A stretch of 64,000 nt of DNA from positions 1 through 64,000 of the forward strand of contig CBDESZ010000009.1 in NCBI GenBank assembly GCA_965242725.1, given 5' to 3'. A model generated the notes under the pieces. The model was not told the DNA's origin. It was given only the letters and a program-made list of their open reading frames with translations, and searched no databases. Positions 61,251 through 64,000 of this stretch are shown here, piece after piece. The number at the start of each line of letters is the position of its first letter. Position 1 is the first letter of the stretch. The translations under genes and the position numbers were made by a program. Origin of the DNA: Alkalispirochaeta sp. (GTDB taxonomy: Bacteria; Spirochaetota; Spirochaetia; DSM-27196; Alkalispirochaetaceae).

Positions 61251-61805
61251 CTATGAGATGCGCTGTGCGACGGTTTCGTATCCACGCATGAGGGCGTTGC
61301 GGTTGATGTCGAAAAAGGCCGCCTTCCTGGCACCGAAAACCTTCTTCAGCGCTTCAACGACGCTCTCCGGCCGAAAAAGATCGGACATCCCGAGATATGC
61401 ACCGAGCATCACCATGTTGGCCGCCTTGGCGTTACCCACTTCCTGGGCAATTCCATTTGCCGGGACCTTCATGATACGGAGATCGTCCCGCTTCGCTTCA
61501 TCGGTGATAAGGGACTCGTTCACCACAAGCACACCCTGAGGAAGCAGCTCATACTCGAATTTGTGCAGGGAAGGGAGATTCATAACGATCGCCGCAGTGG
61601 CGTCCCTGGCGATGATGGGCGATCCGATGGGGTGGTCACTGACGATGACGCTGCAGTTTGCAGTTCCGCCTCTCATTTCCGGTCCGTAGCTCGGCATCCA
61701 CGATACTTCGAGTCCCTCCAGCATCCCCGTATAGGCGATGAGCCGTCCCATGGACATGACACCCTGACCGCCGAAACCGGCACAGATGATCTTTTGTTCC
61801 GCCAT
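61251..61805 (-). CDS. 2-oxoacid:ferredoxin oxidoreductase gamma subunit
   Basis: AGFGGQGV, MPSYGPEMRGGTANC, NMVMLGA. Confidence 0.93.
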   Translation of the reverse strand: MAEQKIICAGFGGQGVMSMGRLIAYTGMLEGLEVSWMPSYGPEMRGGTANCSVIVSDHPIGSPIIARDATAAIVMNLPSLHKFEYELLPQGVLVVNESLITDEAKRDDLRIMKVPANGIAQEVGNAKAANMVMLGAYLGMSDLFRPESVVEALKKVFGARKAAFFDINRNALMRGYETVAQRIS

Positions 61806-61814
61806 CGTTTCCCC

Positions 61815-62552
61815 CTATTCCCTTCCCCTGAAATTGCCCAGGGGGTAGTAAGGAATCATATTCTCTTCCAGCCAGCCCAATGCATCCCGCGGCGTCATAC
61901 CCCAGTTTGTGGGACAGGTGGAGAGGACTTCCACCATTGAAAATCCGAGTCCTTTCTGTTGCGTCGTAAAGGCGTCCTTTATGGCGCGTCGCGTGTTGCG
62001 TATGGCCTTGGGGTTGTGAACGGAAGTCCGCTCTATGAACTTCGCGCCGTCGATGGTGGCAAGCATCTCCGAAATTCTCAACGGACTGCCGGCGTGACCC
62101 TCCTCGCGCCCGAAGGGGCTGGTCGTCGTTTTCTGGCCGACAAGCGTCGTCGGCGCCATTTGCCCGCCCGTCATGCCGTAAATTGCGTTGTTCACAAAAA
62201 TGACCGTTATCTTCTCGCCCCGATGGGCGGCGTGCACAATTTCAGCCGTTCCGATCGACGCAAGGTCACCGTCACCCTGATAGGCAAAGACCGTACGATC
62301 CGGCAGTACCCGTTTTATGCCTGTCGCCACCGCCGGCGCTCTTCCGTGAGCCGCCTCATGCATGTCGCAATTGAAATAGTCGTATGCGAGAACGGAGCAT
62401 CCCACCGGGGCAACTCCGACGGATTTTCCCAGCAGATCCATCTCCTCAAGCACTTCCGCAACGAGACGATGAATGATGCCGTGGGTGCAACCGGGACAGT
62501 AATGGGTCTCCTTGTCGGTCAGACCCTTGGTCTTTTCAAATACGATCGCCAT
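61815..62552 (-). CDS. 2-oxoacid:ferredoxin oxidoreductase beta (TPP-binding) subunit
   Basis: YCPGCTHG, HGRAPAVATG, GDGD...NNAIYGMTGGQ, CPTNW; TAATG overlap with alpha. Confidence 0.93.
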   Translation of the reverse strand: MAIVFEKTKGLTDKETHYCPGCTHGIIHRLVAEVLEEMDLLGKSVGVAPVGCSVLAYDYFNCDMHEAAHGRAPAVATGIKRVLPDRTVFAYQGDGDLASIGTAEIVHAAHRGEKITVIFVNNAIYGMTGGQMAPTTLVGQKTTTSPFGREEGHAGSPLRISEMLATIDGAKFIERTSVHNPKAIRNTRRAIKDAFTTQQKGLGFSMVEVLSTCPTNWGMTPRDALGWLEENMIPYYPLGNFRGRE

Positions 62553-63613
62553 TACCGCACCTCCTTGAGGAACTTTTTTGCCGCGGCGGAGATCCCATGC
62601 TGGTCCGGCACCATACCTCCGCTCCTGCCGTGGAATCCGACGGGCCACCTCCCCGCCGCCGCGATTTTCACGTCGTCGATCATCTGTCCCATGCTCATTT
62701 CCACCGACATGAGCGCCTTCACCGACGTTCCGAGTTCATCAAAGGCGGAAAAGGGAAAGGGCCAGAGTGTTATAGGACGGATGAGACCCGCCGCAACCCC
62801 CTCCTCCCGGAGCATTTCGACGGCGTTACGGACGATACGGGATGAAGTGCCGTAGCTGACGAAGACGATCTCCGCATCCTCGGTCAGATACGTCTGCCAC
62901 CTCACTTCGTTCTCCTCGATGAGGCGGTGTTTTTCCGCAAGCTTGATGTTGTGGGCTTCCAGCTCTTCCGGCTTGAGAAAGAGGGAGTTGATGATATTGG
63001 GTTTTCGTCGTCCCTCGGTCCCCGTGGCCGCCCAATCCTTGGGAGGCAGCTCCCGTTTCGGGGGATCCCGGAACTCCACCGCTTCCATCATCTGTCCGAT
63101 CATTCCGTCTCCCAGGACGAGCACGGGGATGCGATAGAGGTCCGCGATATCAAAGGCTTCCGTCATGATGTCCGCCGTTTCCTGAACGCTTGCAGGGGCG
63201 TAGACTATGTGACGGTAATCCCCGTTTCCGCCTCCCCGGGTTGACTGGAAATAGTCCGCCTGTCCGGGCTGAATGCCGCCAAGTCCGGGGCCGCCGCGCA
63301 TCATATTGACGATGACGCAGGGCAGCTCGGCGCCGGCGATATAGCTGATTCCCTCCTGCTTGAGGGCAATACCGGGGCTTGAGGAGGACGTCATCACCCG
63401 GGCGCCGCTGCCCGCCGCACCATAGACCATGTTGATTGCCGCGATTTCGCTCTCCGCCTGGAGAAAGACTCCGCCGACTTTCGGGAGTTCCCTGGACATG
63501 TACTCAGGTATTTCATTCTGCGGTGTAATGGGGTACCCGAAAAAATACCGGCAGCCCCCGCGGATCGCCGCCGCACCGACGACTTCGTTTCCCTTCATGA
63601 GTACTTTTTCCAT
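62552..63613 (-). CDS. vorB: 3-methyl-2-oxobutanoate (2-ketoisovalerate):ferredoxin oxidoreductase, VorB-like alpha subunit
   Basis: MKGNE, GYPITPQ, QAESE, TSSSSPGIALKQE, RGGPGLG, GGGNGDY. Confidence 0.88.
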   Translation of the reverse strand: MEKVLMKGNEVVGAAAIRGGCRYFFGYPITPQNEIPEYMSRELPKVGGVFLQAESEIAAINMVYGAAGSGARVMTSSSSPGIALKQEGISYIAGAELPCVIVNMMRGGPGLGGIQPGQADYFQSTRGGGNGDYRHIVYAPASVQETADIMTEAFDIADLYRIPVLVLGDGMIGQMMEAVEFRDPPKRELPPKDWAATGTEGRRKPNIINSLFLKPEELEAHNIKLAEKHRLIEENEVRWQTYLTEDAEIVFVSYGTSSRIVRNAVEMLREEGVAAGLIRPITLWPFPFSAFDELGTSVKALMSVEMSMGQMIDDVKIAAAGRWPVGFHGRSGGMVPDQHGISAAAKKFLKEVR

Positions 63614-63843
63614 CAGGCACTCTCCTTTTCAAGTCGTTCAACGCGGATAACCACGTCAGGGCACATCATTGCGCAGAATCCGCAGGCGATACACGCGTCC
63701 ATATCGGTCACATAGGCGGGGTTGTATCCCTTGGCATTGATTCTGCCCATATCCAGCGCCACGATGTCTTTCGGGCAGACATCGACACACAGTCCGCACC
63801 CCTTGCATCGGCTTTCCTCAAAGGTCACATATCCTCTCGGCAT
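63613..63843 (-). CDS. 2x[4Fe-4S] ferredoxin-like delta subunit
   Basis: CKGCGLCVDVCP and CIACGFCAMMCP. Confidence 0.93.
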   Translation of the reverse strand: MPRGYVTFEESRCKGCGLCVDVCPKDIVALDMGRINAKGYNPAYVTDMDACIACGFCAMMCPDVVIRVERLEKESA

Positions 63844-63864
63844 AGAATTACCTCCTTCCTCCGT

Positions 63865-64000
63865 TCAGCTCATCCATGACTGCCGCAACAGGCCGTCTAT
63901 ATAAAGCGGTGCACCCGCCATCGGGTGGGTGCACCGTTCCAGAAGCTCTTTTCGTCCGCTGTAAAAAAAGATGGGAATGTTCACGGTTTGACTCAGCGCC
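63865..64000 (-). CDS. 3' end of the upstream gene of the vor operon (partial, function uncertain)
   Basis: Open minus-strand frame ALSQTVNIPIFFYSG...LLRQSWMS* ending just before the SD of the ferredoxin gene. Confidence 0.55.
   Translation of the reverse strand, partial: ALSQTVNIPIFFYSGRKELLERCTHPMAGAPLYIDGLLRQSWMS

Overview
A GC-rich, gene-dense core-genome segment, most likely from a free-living spirochaete. That assignment is inferred from the gene set and order: C-Ala-less AlaRS, a stand-alone groES, an orphan FliG paralogue, the murG-cvpA-holB-HK-NtrC block and murC-yicC-cmk. It holds about 55 CDS and one tRNA-Phe. I see no transposase, integrase, prophage, CRISPR array or recognised defence system. 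Housekeeping genes include dnaE (3' end), recG, hisZ/hisG, alaS, ppdK, uvrB, rnhA, murG/murC, cysK/metY, an RND pump, ptsP and a vor-ptb operon. The items most worth following up are: (1) a near-perfect sigma-54 promoter in front of a group-2/RpoS-like sigma gene, with a candidate phased enhancer and an Rrp2/Hk2-like two-component pair 5-7 kb away, resembling the Borrelia Rrp2-RpoN-RpoS cascade; (2) a 1250-aa membrane protein with a ~430-aa Asp/Glu repeat tract containing a recent 204-bp higher-order duplication; (3) about 12 genes with a -10 box 6-10 nt before the start codon and no usable SD, suggesting pervasive leaderless mRNAs; (4) a +1 frameshift in dnaE; (5) a probable ATT start codon on a WecA/MraY-like gene; (6) a JAB/MPN-DinG fusion; (7) a hybrid kinase lacking its phospho-acceptor His, head-to-head with a metallophosphatase. 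All calls rest on motif recognition only; no database searches were run, and I cannot confirm that any system here is undescribed.
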